Assembly (NCBI GenBank): GCA_964388385.1
Contig: CAYMAQ010000001.1
Coordinates: 20,607 to 84,606 of the forward strand
Source of the DNA: an uncultured Anaerolineales bacterium
GTDB taxonomy: Bacteria; Chloroflexota; Anaerolineae; B4-G1; SLSP01
Direction: 5' to 3'
Length of the DNA stretch: 64,000 bases
In this document: positions 8,143 to 18,362 of the stretch, piece by piece
How positions within the stretch are numbered: the first letter of the stretch is position 1
Layout of the letters: every line of letters begins with the position of its first letter
Position numbers and translations under genes: made by a program
The notes under the pieces: model-generated
Told to the model about the DNA's origin: nothing
Seen by the model: the letters and a program-made list of their open reading frames with translations, nothing else
Databases searched by the model: none

Positions 8143-10254
8143 ATGCAAACCTTGACCACAAACAAAAGATCCACATCCAGCTTCGTATTTTATCCGAGAT
8201 GCGGTAACATACACCCCGTGAAACCCAGACAGAGACCTTGGTTGTGGTGGGCAAGCGTGATCACGCTCCTGCTGCTAATATTTGGACTTCGAACCTACGG
8301 GCTTTTACAGACTCCCCCGGGGCTTACCCACGATGAAGCCAGCAACGGGCACGACAGCAACGCCATACTTTCAGGTGTTCACCGGCTCTATTTTCCAGTT
8401 GGCTACGGCCACGAACCGCTATATAACTACTCGGTAGCTCTGATGACACACTTCCTGGGTCAAAGTATCTACACACTTCGGATAACGACAGTATTCTGGA
8501 GCTTGGCCCAGGTCACAGTCACGACTGCATTAGCCAGACGCTGGTGGGGACGTAAGGCAGCTCTAGGCGTCTTGGCTGCTTACACCGTGAGTTTTTGGGC
8601 GTTGATGATGAGTAGAATCGGCCTTCGCGCGCCCACACTCCCGGCTGTCCTGGCGGCGTCCATACTGACCTTCGATCGATCGCTCACTGCGACCCAAAAG
8701 CGGCTCACCGCCGTGATTGCCGGGGTCTTGCTGGGCCTGGGATTCTATACTTATATGGCAAGCCGAGGGACTCCGCTCCTCTACGTCGGATTCCTATTGA
8801 TATTGCTTCTCCTGGATCGAACCGCGTTCAAACAAGCGTGGCAACCGACGATGATAGTCCTGCTCACTGCTGTACTCGTCGGCATGCCTCTCTTTCTCTT
8901 GTTGCGCGCCCATCCGGCACTGGAGTCCCGCATCGAGCAGCTGGGTGGCGCCCTCAAAGCACTTCAGAACGGGGACTGGGGGCCCTTGATCGAAAACATC
9001 AGAGCCAACGCCCCTATGCTCTTCTGGACGGCAGACCCCCGTTGGCTCTACAATATTGCCGGTCGACCGCTTTTGGAACCGCTGCTGGTCGGGCTTTTTC
9101 TGCTGGGCCTCGGCGCCGCGCTTAGCAAATTGCGATCCCGTCGCACGATTCTGACTTTACTCTGGCTCGGGGTTGGGCTTGCCCCGGCATGGGTCGTCCC
9201 AATCGAATACAATACACTTCACGCCATCGCCGCGATGCCTCCGATCTTTCTACTGATTGGCCTGGGTTTCCGTACGTTAACGCAGATACGCATAGGCCTT
9301 GTGCGCATTGGAATGGCTTTGCTCTTAGGCGTGGGATTCGGGATAACAGCTGTCCGCACGACGCACGCCTATTTTGTCACCTGGAGCACACAACGTGACG
9401 TGCGGGTGGCTTACCACCACCACGTGGTCGCACTGGGAAGACATCTTAATCGACAGGAGCCACAATCCCCCGTCGTCATCACCAGCCTTTATCCCGGCGA
9501 GTACCATGATCCCTACACGATGGAGGTCACGTTGGAACGCCAGGACCTCAACCTGCGCTGGTGTGATGCACGCTACGCCCTTATGGTACCCCAAGCCCCG
9601 GCGCGCTTGTACATCGAAGAGCAGACGGTGCCGCATGAGGTCTTTGACGCTCTCCTCGCAGAAAAGACTCAACATATCACAACGCTGAATTTTGACGCGG
9701 ATGCCATTCCTTCGCAGATTCGGGGATATCGATGGGAAAGTGATCGAGCGTGGGACGACCTTCGCGCCGTCCTGGGCACGGACGTTCGAGCCCTAAACGG
9801 AGATCCACCGCCCAACGTGCCGCATCCGGTCCTCACCTCCCCCATCGACTTTGGGAACACGGTCGCGTTCATAGGATATGCAGCCCACACGGTTACAGGG
9901 ACGACCGCATCTCTGGAATTGATGACAGCCTGGGAAGTCAAATCCCCCCCGGAGCAGCGAATATGGATGTTCAGTCACCTTTTATCTCCTACGGGTGAGT
10001 TACTCGATCAGGTCGACCGCCTAGATGCACCCGCTTGGCAGTGGCGGGAAGGGGATCGTTTCGTTCAGCGGCATCAACTACAAGTGCCAGAGAGCGAATC
10101 CTGCAGCGCATGTAGTATTGCCGTAGGATTCTACATCCCTTCGACACTGACCCGGTTACCCGTGCAAGCAGACACCGTGACTTCGCTTGAAGGCCCACCC
10201 CCCACGCGCATTCTGATTCCTTATCCCCAGGCGTCAGGACAGAAGGCACCATGA
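8143..10254 (+). CDS. GT-C fold polytopic glycosyltransferase (ArnT/PMT-like, GT39/GT83-type) with C-terminal soluble module
   Basis: More than 10 predicted TM helices. First periplasmic loop carries the Asp-Glu motif (LTHDEASNG...GHEPLY). No RBS, so the start is uncertain. Confidence 0.75.
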   Translation: MQTLTTNKRSTSSFVFYPRCGNIHPVKPRQRPWLWWASVITLLLLIFGLRTYGLLQTPPGLTHDEASNGHDSNAILSGVHRLYFPVGYGHEPLYNYSVALMTHFLGQSIYTLRITTVFWSLAQVTVTTALARRWWGRKAALGVLAAYTVSFWALMMSRIGLRAPTLPAVLAASILTFDRSLTATQKRLTAVIAGVLLGLGFYTYMASRGTPLLYVGFLLILLLLDRTAFKQAWQPTMIVLLTAVLVGMPLFLLLRAHPALESRIEQLGGALKALQNGDWGPLIENIRANAPMLFWTADPRWLYNIAGRPLLEPLLVGLFLLGLGAALSKLRSRRTILTLLWLGVGLAPAWVVPIEYNTLHAIAAMPPIFLLIGLGFRTLTQIRIGLVRIGMALLLGVGFGITAVRTTHAYFVTWSTQRDVRVAYHHHVVALGRHLNRQEPQSPVVITSLYPGEYHDPYTMEVTLERQDLNLRWCDARYALMVPQAPARLYIEEQTVPHEVFDALLAEKTQHITTLNFDADAIPSQIRGYRWESDRAWDDLRAVLGTDVRALNGDPPPNVPHPVLTSPIDFGNTVAFIGYAAHTVTGTTASLELMTAWEVKSPPEQRIWMFSHLLSPTGELLDQVDRLDAPAWQWREGDRFVQRHQLQVPESESCSACSIAVGFYIPSTLTRLPVQADTVTSLEGPPPTRILIPYPQASGQKAP

Positions 10255-12242
10255 CCTGCGGGATCAAGACTCGTGAGCGTTGGGCCCTGCTTGCCACTCT
10301 GCTGATCGCTTGGACCGCACGATGGGTGGCGTTGATGGATGTCCCACCGGGATGGCGGGATGACGACCTCATCGAGCTCTACACGTTTTCCAAGGAAATT
10401 CTCGAATCTGGCCCGCAGCTCTACTTTACGGGGGCTTCAGGACACGAACCCCTTTATCACACGATTCGAGCACCCTTGATCGCGGTTGCTGGTTTGAACC
10501 AAGCCTCGGCCCGCTGGCTCGCGGCTTCTGCCGGAATGCTCTCTGTATTGCTGACGTGGGCAGTAGGTCGCCAACTCTTCGGGGGTCGTGCAGCTCTCGG
10601 GGCGGCGGCTTCGTTATCCGTCTCCTTCTGGAATCTGATGTACAGCCGCGTGGCCATCCGGCATATCGGCGCCCTGCCCTGGATGCTGGTGGCGATCTAT
10701 TGGGCCTGGCGTGAATTGGACGATCAACCTCAAACCCTAACCCCGCTGATAGGCATAGCTGTGGGAACCGCCGGCGCCGTGCTCACCTATTACGCCGGTC
10801 GATTGATACCGGCGCTGCTTCTGGCCTTTTTGCCTGTCCTATGGATCAACATCCGCCGCTGGCCTCGTTTTCTGACCGCACTCGGCGTCGGTCTGGCTTT
10901 GACCGGGCCGATGTTCATCGCATCGGCCCAGGCTCCCGGTGCAGATGCCCGCGTCAGCGAACTTGCCGGCCCCTTGTACGCCCTCGCCGAGGGTAACGCT
11001 GCCCCCTTTATTCAAACGACGCTGACCACATTGAGTATGTTTCACGCGACGGGAGATCCCGAGTGGCTCTACAATATCAGTGGACGACCCGTTTTCGGTA
11101 CGTTTGGAGCCGTGCTTTTTTTCGCCGCGCTGTTTTTCCACGCCATCACTATGGGCCAACGCAGATCTCGCTTTCTTCTCCTGTGGCTCCTGGTAGGATT
11201 GGCCCCGGCATTTATCAGTTTCCCACCCTCCAGTTACGGACATACTGTGCTGGCTATGCCCGCAGTCTACCTCATCCTGGCCCGAGTTATCGCATTAGGG
11301 CACAAATATGGCCCTCGGGGCTATAGGCAGAGCCTGGCCTTTATTCTGACCTTGGCTTCCGTGGCTTCAGTTGGCGGACGCGATCTTCCTGATTACTTTG
11401 TTGAGTGGGGAAATCACAGCATGGTGGAGTTTTTATATCGGGCGGATTATCGGGCGCTTGCGCAGCATCTCGACGCCCACGACGAGATCGAGGATGCGGT
11501 GGTAGGAAGTATGCTATTGGGCCCCTGGGATAGACTCGCGGTACGGACCGACCTCAAACGAGAGAAGCCGACTCTGCGATGGATCAATCCGACGAGATCC
11601 TTGGTGCTTACATCTGACGCCGCCACGCGGCTCTATCTCCAACACGAGGGACAGCGTCATCCTGCTATCGAGGACTATCTGCTGGATGCGCCCCCTGCCC
11701 CAGCACCGGAGGGTATGGAGGGATTCCTCATATCCCAATCCATTGTACGGCTTAAACAGCCATATCTTGAGGAGGGTTGTGACGGGAACCCACTGATCGA
11801 TCAGCCCTTCGAGAGTACACTGGCACTCAGTGCCGTTGAGATCGACGATGACGCGGATACGGAGAAGATGACGCTCAAACTCTGGTGGATGATCAAAGAT
11901 CCGCTTCCGTTGCCGCTCAAGGAGCTAATCCCCCACCCGCCGCCACCGGGTGTCTACAGTGGACCGCGACTGAAGGTCTTCGTGCACAGCACCAGGGCAG
12001 ACAGCGAAATCCAGCTCGATGTAGACGATGGAATAGGCGTCGATCCTTATACCCTCAGCGTGGGGGATCTTTGGCTACAAGTTCACAGCCTTGAGAAATC
12101 CGAGGGCCAACGAATCCGCATTGGACTCTACGATCCAAAAAGTGGCGCGCGATGGAGATTGGCTGATGGAGGTGATATGATCTGGATCTGCCCTCATCAA
12201 GCAGGACGTAAATCGGTTCAAAGCCGCCTCAGCGGAGATTGA
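10251..12242 (+). CDS. GT-C fold polytopic glycosyltransferase, tandem paralogue of 8143..10254
   Basis: ATGA overlap with the upstream gene. Same DD/DE...GHEPLY loop motif, many TM helices and the related C-terminal module. Confidence 0.75.
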   Translation: MTCGIKTRERWALLATLLIAWTARWVALMDVPPGWRDDDLIELYTFSKEILESGPQLYFTGASGHEPLYHTIRAPLIAVAGLNQASARWLAASAGMLSVLLTWAVGRQLFGGRAALGAAASLSVSFWNLMYSRVAIRHIGALPWMLVAIYWAWRELDDQPQTLTPLIGIAVGTAGAVLTYYAGRLIPALLLAFLPVLWINIRRWPRFLTALGVGLALTGPMFIASAQAPGADARVSELAGPLYALAEGNAAPFIQTTLTTLSMFHATGDPEWLYNISGRPVFGTFGAVLFFAALFFHAITMGQRRSRFLLLWLLVGLAPAFISFPPSSYGHTVLAMPAVYLILARVIALGHKYGPRGYRQSLAFILTLASVASVGGRDLPDYFVEWGNHSMVEFLYRADYRALAQHLDAHDEIEDAVVGSMLLGPWDRLAVRTDLKREKPTLRWINPTRSLVLTSDAATRLYLQHEGQRHPAIEDYLLDAPPAPAPEGMEGFLISQSIVRLKQPYLEEGCDGNPLIDQPFESTLALSAVEIDDDADTEKMTLKLWWMIKDPLPLPLKELIPHPPPPGVYSGPRLKVFVHSTRADSEIQLDVDDGIGVDPYTLSVGDLWLQVHSLEKSEGQRIRIGLYDPKSGARWRLADGGDMIWICPHQAGRKSVQSRLSGD

Positions 12243-12609
12243 GATTATCTGCAAGGAAGGGACCGAAAATAAGAAAAGCGACAATCACCGCAACAATAGC
12301 CGAAACCAGAACCGCACCGGCCATCAGGTCTTTGATACGCTTAGCCAGAGGATGATAGTCAGGCTTAACGAGATCGACGAAAACCTCAAGAGCGGTATTC
12401 AACATTTCGAGTGCCACCACCCCACCAATTGTCAGCGTGAGGAGTGCCCATGCATAGGAGGAGATGCCTACCCAGAGCCCCAGGGCCACGACGACAACAA
12501 TAGCGACGAAGTGTATACGAAAATTACGCTGGGTGCGCAAAGCATAGAAAACGCCACGAAAGGCGTGTCCAAAACTCGCCCAGAGAGTTGAGTGGCGTTT
12601 TGGATTCAT
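12229..12609 (-). CDS. dgkA: diacylglycerol/undecaprenol kinase DgkA family
   Basis: About 125 aa with 3 TM helices and a DgkA-like core; sits downstream of ybeY as in Firmicutes. Confidence 0.7.
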   Translation of the reverse strand: MNPKRHSTLWASFGHAFRGVFYALRTQRNFRIHFVAIVVVVALGLWVGISSYAWALLTLTIGGVVALEMLNTALEVFVDLVKPDYHPLAKRIKDLMAGAVLVSAIVAVIVAFLIFGPFLADNLNLR

Positions 12610-13091
12610 TCGGGAAGTGAAATATCAGCACCAAGGGCCCGCAGCGCCGCGCGCTGCACCTGCCACATGGCAGCCTTATCCGCTTCTGTTTCGTGGTCAT
12701 AGCCGAGGAGGTGCAAGACGCCGTGGACAGTCAAAAGCTGCAGCTCCTGATTCAGCGTCCCACCCGCCTCTGAGGCCTGGTCGCGAGCGCGGTCGATCGA
12801 GATAACTACGTCCCCCAGATAATCAGGATAGGCTGCGGTGCCCCCGGCAAAGGGGCCTCGGGTATCATTTTCAAAAGAGAGCACGTCAGTCGGCCTGGGC
12901 TCGCCCCGAAAACGTCGATTCAGCGCCTCCAACGCCTCATCATCGGAGATCACGATCACCACCTCACTGGGTCCTTCCATCTCGTGCATCTGGAGAACCA
13001 GATCAGCAGACTGCTCCACGCACGCACTATCGATGTCCTGGGCCTCAATCTGAGGTTCGATTTTGACTTCAATCTGATGTGCTTGATTCAT
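12606..13091 (-). CDS. ybeY: rRNA maturation endoribonuclease YbeY
   Basis: HGVLHLLGYDH zinc-binding motif. Confidence 0.85.
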   Translation of the reverse strand: MNQAHQIEVKIEPQIEAQDIDSACVEQSADLVLQMHEMEGPSEVVIVISDDEALEALNRRFRGEPRPTDVLSFENDTRGPFAGGTAAYPDYLGDVVISIDRARDQASEAGGTLNQELQLLTVHGVLHLLGYDHETEADKAAMWQVQRAALRALGADISLPE

Positions 13092-15267
13092 CGACTTCTG
13101 CGTATTGATTGCCCACCTCCTGTAGATCCATCACGGATTCCTCACTGCCAGCGGGTGCTTGAGACTTTGGCTCCGGATATTTCACACGGGGATGAAAGGC
13201 ACCCCGAAGAAGCCCAATATAAGTCTCCTTGACCACCTTAAGTTCGGCAAACGTAATCGGGCACTCGTCCAATTGCCCCTGTTTTATCCGCTGCTCGAAA
13301 ATCATATCGACCCCCTCGCGTAACTCCTCGGGTGTCGTAGGACGCCGTGCGCGCGTTGCCGCTTCACACCCATCCGCCAACATCACCAGCAAAGTCTCTC
13401 GACTCCGGGGGCTAGGTCCGGGATACCGAAACTGCGATTCATCCACCAAGTCCGCGTCCCCACCGACGGCCTCCACGGCTTTACCATAAAAGAAACCGGC
13501 CTTCATTGTCCCGTGATGCTCATTGATAAAGGCCCGAACGGCAGCTGGGAGATGATACTCCCGCGCCAACTTCTGTCCGTCCCGAATATGACCGACGAGT
13601 ACGTCCGCGCTGGTATAGGCATCCAAACGTTCGTGAGGGTTGCTCAAGTCCTGCTGGTTCTCCGCAAAGAAATAGGGACGCACCAGCTTCCCGATATCAT
13701 GATAATATGCCCCAACCCTAGTCAAAAGACTATTGGCCCCAATACGCTCCGCCGCCTGCTCGGCGAGACTGGTAACCATCATCACGTGATTGAATGTCGC
13801 CGGGGCCTCCCGAAGGAGGCGCTGCAAGAGTGGATGGTTCGGTCGACTCAACTCAATCAGACGAAACGTCGTCGTTAAGTCGAAAAGAGGGGTCAAGAGA
13901 AAGAGCCCACCAACCGTCAACCCACCGCCGATCCCACCACTGACGACACTAACCCCAAGCTTAAGGAGGAGAGAAAGCGGGTCTAATCTCAGCTCATCAA
14001 TCGAGAACACAAAAATCGCAATCGCCTGCGCGATGCCGCCAATCAGGCCCGCGCGAAAGATCGGCCCGGTTTGCTCATATCGAGGCAGTGTCAGCGTCGC
14101 GTAAAACCCACCAAACAAGACCATCGTCGAAATCATCAATGATCGTGCACCGGCCCATCCGGCTACCAAGCTCAACAGCGTGATACCACCCAAAGCGGGA
14201 AGCGAACCCACAGTCGTTGCCAACAGCATGCCCGCAGCTGTGACCGGATAGAGAAAGGGAACCAAATCGCCCGAACGCAGGAGCAACCAGATCAAGCCCA
14301 GGAAAACTGAAAGTATCAGGGTGAATAGAAGCTCCTGCCGCCCACCATCAAGCGCATCAGGTGCAAGCTGCCAAAGAAAAAGCCCCAACAACAGCACGGA
14401 CACACCGGCAAGCAGAGCCACATTCCCCAGATTATGGCTGGCCTGAGGCTCTGCAGTGAGTCCGAGTTCAGTCAATGCCTCGATGTCAAGTTCGCTGACA
14501 ACGGTCCCCTCACGGACAATGATCTGACCACTGCGGAGGAAGCGGAACGCCGGCCCCACAGCCTCGCGAGCCGCGTCGCGTTCCATCTCGGTTGCGACCT
14601 CGTCGAAGAAAACGTTAGGTCGGACGAATCGTTTGACCAATTCCTGGATGACGACGGCCTCTTCCTGGGGCATATCGAGGGAAACCATCGCCGGGATTCG
14701 ACGCCGAATTGAGACCAGGTTCTCCTCGCGAACCTCCTCTTGTCGCATAACCTGATCCAACAATCCGAGAAACTCCAGCTGGACCCGATTCCATCCGGCG
14801 TCCGACATCGTGAGGATCATTTCTACGTCACTCTCCGACAGATCGGAGAGCTCGGGGACCGCACGCACCCAAGCACTCCGCCGTTTCTCAGACCCGACCG
14901 GATCAGCGCGCAACGCACGCAGATAGGCCAAAACATCCCGAGCTCGATTGTACTGCCCGCGGGCGATATCCGAGTCGGGTGCCGTATAAAGCGGCTGAAC
15001 GCGTCGCGCAGCGTCCTCACGCGCTTGCTGACTGAGAATGTCACTGACAAACGTGATATCCCTGGGGGCACGGATATCCTGTGACACCACGTCACCTACC
15101 CCGACATCATACTCCTGTGGGGTAGAATAGATCAGTACGACAGCTGTAACGAGTGAGAGCCACAACCAAAAGACGATCTGCCGTACAGACCATCGAAGAT
15201 TGACTTTATCGAATTTGGTCTGGATCATAGATCTCTGCGCCGCAAAGAGAAGAAGGGAGCCCCACAT
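13069..15267 (-). CDS. 7TM-receptor-HD (HDIG) phosphohydrolase, PgpH-like (c-di-AMP phosphodiesterase family)
   Basis: Extracellular region, a 7TM block and a C-terminal HD domain (HDIGK...). Synteny with ybeY-dgkA matches the yqfF/pgpH position. Confidence 0.8.
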   Translation of the reverse strand: MWGSLLLFAAQRSMIQTKFDKVNLRWSVRQIVFWLWLSLVTAVVLIYSTPQEYDVGVGDVVSQDIRAPRDITFVSDILSQQAREDAARRVQPLYTAPDSDIARGQYNRARDVLAYLRALRADPVGSEKRRSAWVRAVPELSDLSESDVEMILTMSDAGWNRVQLEFLGLLDQVMRQEEVREENLVSIRRRIPAMVSLDMPQEEAVVIQELVKRFVRPNVFFDEVATEMERDAAREAVGPAFRFLRSGQIIVREGTVVSELDIEALTELGLTAEPQASHNLGNVALLAGVSVLLLGLFLWQLAPDALDGGRQELLFTLILSVFLGLIWLLLRSGDLVPFLYPVTAAGMLLATTVGSLPALGGITLLSLVAGWAGARSLMISTMVLFGGFYATLTLPRYEQTGPIFRAGLIGGIAQAIAIFVFSIDELRLDPLSLLLKLGVSVVSGGIGGGLTVGGLFLLTPLFDLTTTFRLIELSRPNHPLLQRLLREAPATFNHVMMVTSLAEQAAERIGANSLLTRVGAYYHDIGKLVRPYFFAENQQDLSNPHERLDAYTSADVLVGHIRDGQKLAREYHLPAAVRAFINEHHGTMKAGFFYGKAVEAVGGDADLVDESQFRYPGPSPRSRETLLVMLADGCEAATRARRPTTPEELREGVDMIFEQRIKQGQLDECPITFAELKVVKETYIGLLRGAFHPRVKYPEPKSQAPAGSEESVMDLQEVGNQYAEVDESSTSD

Positions 15268-15311
15268 CTGGAGCCCCCATTTTCCATTCGGCGCCTACAA
15301 ACAAAGGGGTG

Positions 15312-15758
15312 TTAAGCGGTGAGTAACTCGCGGACGATACGATTGACGATACGGCCTTCTGCCTTTCCCCTCACACGCGGCATAAGAGTACCCATCACAA
15401 CGCCCAGATCCGCTGGGGATTCCGCACCGACGTCTTCAATCACGTCCCGGGCCAAAGCCCGGATCTCCTCCTCGCTCATTTCTTCAGGGAGATAAGCCTG
15501 CAGGATTTCGACCTCTGTGACTTCGTCCTCGACCAGATCGTCACGACCGGCCTCACGCATCATATCCAACGCTTCCTCGCGTCGTTTAACCTCTTTGCGG
15601 ATAAGGACAACGATGTCTTCATCCTCAAGATCCTGACCGGTCTCTACCTCAGCAAGCTGGATGCCAGTTAGAATCATCCGCAGCGCGGATTTCCGGTGTG
15701 AATCTCGAGCTCGCATCGCGTCTCGGAGATCACTGCGGAGCCTATCCTCCAGAGCCAT
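15312..15758 (-). CDS. GatB/YqeY domain protein
   Basis: LRDAMRARDSHRKSALRMILTGIQ is typical of the GatB_Yqey family. ATG at 15758 with AAGGGAG RBS. Confidence 0.8.
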   Translation of the reverse strand: MALEDRLRSDLRDAMRARDSHRKSALRMILTGIQLAEVETGQDLEDEDIVVLIRKEVKRREEALDMMREAGRDDLVEDEVTEVEILQAYLPEEMSEEEIRALARDVIEDVGAESPADLGVVMGTLMPRVRGKAEGRIVNRIVRELLTA

Positions 15759-15922
15759 TTCATCAACTCCCTTTTCCCCACCACTCAACACCCAAAAACT
15801 TAATCACCCCATGCGTGCAGTCGAGAATACACACTCGCCGGCACACAGACTAAACATCGAGTGTCCGCCTATCCAACCAGACGGTCAAACCGCAACTCAG
15901 GGACAGACGCAGTCAAATTGCG

Positions 15923-16138
15923 TCAGTACTCCTGCTGGTGGTCTTTGACCGAAGTCCGGCGGCTCTTCCGCAGCTTCGCAGCCCGTTTTCGCTTGCGAAC
16001 CTGGCTGGGCTGTTCAAAGTAGCGGCGACGTCGAATTTCAGACAGGATACGATCCTGCTGAACCTTGTGTTTGAACCGCTTGTATAGCGAATCAAACGAT
16101 TCATTGTCGTTTGCCGTCACAAAGGTCACGCCCCTCAC
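15923..16138 (-). CDS. rpsU: 30S ribosomal protein S21
   Basis: NESFDSLYKRFKHKV...RRRRYFEQPS...KRKR. GTG start at 16138 with GAAAGGAGA RBS; no in-frame ATG. Confidence 0.85.
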   Translation of the reverse strand: MRGVTFVTANDNESFDSLYKRFKHKVQQDRILSEIRRRRYFEQPSQVRKRKRAAKLRKSRRTSVKDHQQEY

Positions 16139-16208
16139 TCTCCTTTCATGCTTCCGACACCACGTGTCGGCTAGGGATTACGCGTCCCAAAGCGAGATGC
16201 GCAGAACA

Positions 16209-16236
16209 ATAATACAATGACCTGAAAGATTGTCAA
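16209..16236 (-). promoter_or_regulatory. sigma70-like promoter for rpsU (TTGACA-16-TATTAT)
   Basis: Minus strand reads TTGACAatctttcaggtcattgTATTAT. The 5' UTR that follows contains a 7-bp hairpin CCGACACgtgGTGTCGG. Confidence 0.4.
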
Positions 16237-16334
16237 GAGAAAAAAGAAACGAAGTGGACCACATCTCCCTCGCCTGGAGGAAGCTTACCATCTCGGTTTT
16301 GACGGGCAAGAATCGGAGAACACATCGCCATCGC

Positions 16335-18344
16335 TTATTGAGGAGCGGGCCAATCATAGACGATGGCAAGGAGACGCCCGTCCGGAGAGTGTAGAGATGT
16401 CCGGGTGCCCTGAGGATAAACCGATTCAATCCACGACAAATCGTCAATCCGATAGGATGTCACAACGAATCGCGCAGGCAGTATGACGGAGGACGGTCTC
16501 TGGTCGGGCAAGACATCCTCACCAGGTATACCGCGCGCCAGAAACTGCAACCCGCCAAACTCCCAGTAAAGCGATGGTGCCCCCAAGAAGTAGACGCGCC
16601 CTTCGCATATCCGGGAAGGACCTTGAGTGCAAACCGGGCTAGGATTCTCGCGCAGGTAACGACCGATAGCGGTCGCGACCTCCGAGGTGGGATTGCCGTA
16701 AACTCGGCGTGGCGTATAGACTGCAAAGTAAAATCCAACATTGAGAATGACGATCGCGGTAAGAATTCCGTAAACAAGCCATCGGTGTATAGATGTCTTC
16801 AGGGTGAGAGCGCGCAGCACTTCCCGCAGGCCCCACGCGACTAACACAGAGACGACAGGCATCAACAATAACCCTCGTTGACTGCTGGGCGGGTTCTCCG
16901 TGATTCCCCACGCCGTCAGGACAGTCGTAACAAACCATAAAAGCATCAGACCGCGACTGGGCCATCGCGCGCGCAAAACCGCAGCGCTTATGCCGATCAA
17001 TAACAACCCACTGGTGACAAAGTCAAGCAACGGACGCCCGGGGCGATACCAGAAGGTCGGATCGGGTGTCAGATGAAAAGCGGTGAAAGCCCTCCAAAGC
17101 TGCTGTCCCATCAAAAAGACTGCGCTGCGCCCCGTCAAAACTTGCTCTCGACTCAACCACCCGGAGGAGAAGATCGATACGGCTTGATATCGTTCGGTGA
17201 GCGCAGATGGATGGACCTGATACCATCCTAAAAGCGGCAAAAGCGCAATCAACCCACCGACAATTAACAGACCTACGGCGTGGCGATGCCGGTAAAGAAA
17301 AGCGGGATCCACCAACATCCGCCACAACAAAAAGAGACCCATCAAGATCGTGACCCAGCGTGCGCCAAAGTATCCGTACCACCCCAGGCCCGCAACGACC
17401 CCAGCCAACCCCCAAGCTGCCCTCCTTAGCCTCCTATCGTCACCAGCATCGTACCCCAACCATAGGAGTCCAAATGCCAGCGCGCCAACCCACGGATCCG
17501 CGATCTGGTTGGAAGCCAAACGGCTATAGTGAATGTGATAGGCCGAGACAGCCAGCACAATAGCACTCCACCAGCCGATACGCCGCCCTCCCACCATGCG
17601 ACCCAAAAAGAAAGTCAGAACGACCGTCGTTACGCCCATGATAACTGAAAGCGCACGGCCCCCCGCAATAGTCGCGCCAAGGATGCGCATCACCAGCCCA
17701 TAAGCAAAGAAAGACATCGTTGGCACGGAGTACCATCCGGTTGCGAAAGGATTACCCAGGGGTTTGTTCAGCAGATCAAGGCCGATAACAAGCTGAGTAC
17801 CCTCGTCGCCTCCAAGATTGTAGGGAATACGACCAAGCCGCACGCCCCTTAGCGCAGCCGCAACCGCGATCAGGAGGATCAAAGCGCCCCACTCCCAACG
17901 GAGCATAGGAGGATGAATGGCAGATGCGCGCAGTAGCGAGATGAGAAGGGGGAGGATGTAAACGCCAATACCGACGATCCAGATCAACAAAGGAACGACG
18001 TAGCTTCCATTGTCGGTAACCGAACGCGCCAAGACCATCGCCAGCGCAGAGGCGATCAGAGCGAAGACACGGAGCCAGCCCTCCAAGGTATGGGGAAACC
18101 AGCCGAGACAGAGGCGTCTGACAGCGGGCGGAAGCCTACACTTCCAGTAGCGGCGCATAATGGAGAGGAGCGTAATAAAGGACAAGCCGAGGATGAGGAA
18201 CGCATCCCAAACGTAAACCCCCAATGAGAGCAAGAGGGTCGCCCCGAACAGTGCCAACAACGCTACAGCAGAGACGATTTGCCTCGAAAATTCCCCGCGT
18301 CTCACGTTCCTCTCACCCACGATCCTATGCTCGTTCGGCGCCAC
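16335..18344 (-). CDS. GT-C fold glycosyltransferase (PMT_2/ArnT-like)
   Basis: YNLGGDEGTQL loop motif and more than 10 TM helices. GTG at 18344; start uncertain. Confidence 0.75.
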   Translation of the reverse strand: MAPNEHRIVGERNVRRGEFSRQIVSAVALLALFGATLLLSLGVYVWDAFLILGLSFITLLSIMRRYWKCRLPPAVRRLCLGWFPHTLEGWLRVFALIASALAMVLARSVTDNGSYVVPLLIWIVGIGVYILPLLISLLRASAIHPPMLRWEWGALILLIAVAAALRGVRLGRIPYNLGGDEGTQLVIGLDLLNKPLGNPFATGWYSVPTMSFFAYGLVMRILGATIAGGRALSVIMGVTTVVLTFFLGRMVGGRRIGWWSAIVLAVSAYHIHYSRLASNQIADPWVGALAFGLLWLGYDAGDDRRLRRAAWGLAGVVAGLGWYGYFGARWVTILMGLFLLWRMLVDPAFLYRHRHAVGLLIVGGLIALLPLLGWYQVHPSALTERYQAVSIFSSGWLSREQVLTGRSAVFLMGQQLWRAFTAFHLTPDPTFWYRPGRPLLDFVTSGLLLIGISAAVLRARWPSRGLMLLWFVTTVLTAWGITENPPSSQRGLLLMPVVSVLVAWGLREVLRALTLKTSIHRWLVYGILTAIVILNVGFYFAVYTPRRVYGNPTSEVATAIGRYLRENPSPVCTQGPSRICEGRVYFLGAPSLYWEFGGLQFLARGIPGEDVLPDQRPSSVILPARFVVTSYRIDDLSWIESVYPQGTRTSLHSPDGRLLAIVYDWPAPQ

Positions 18345-18362
18345 CGAACGGAAACTCTGACA

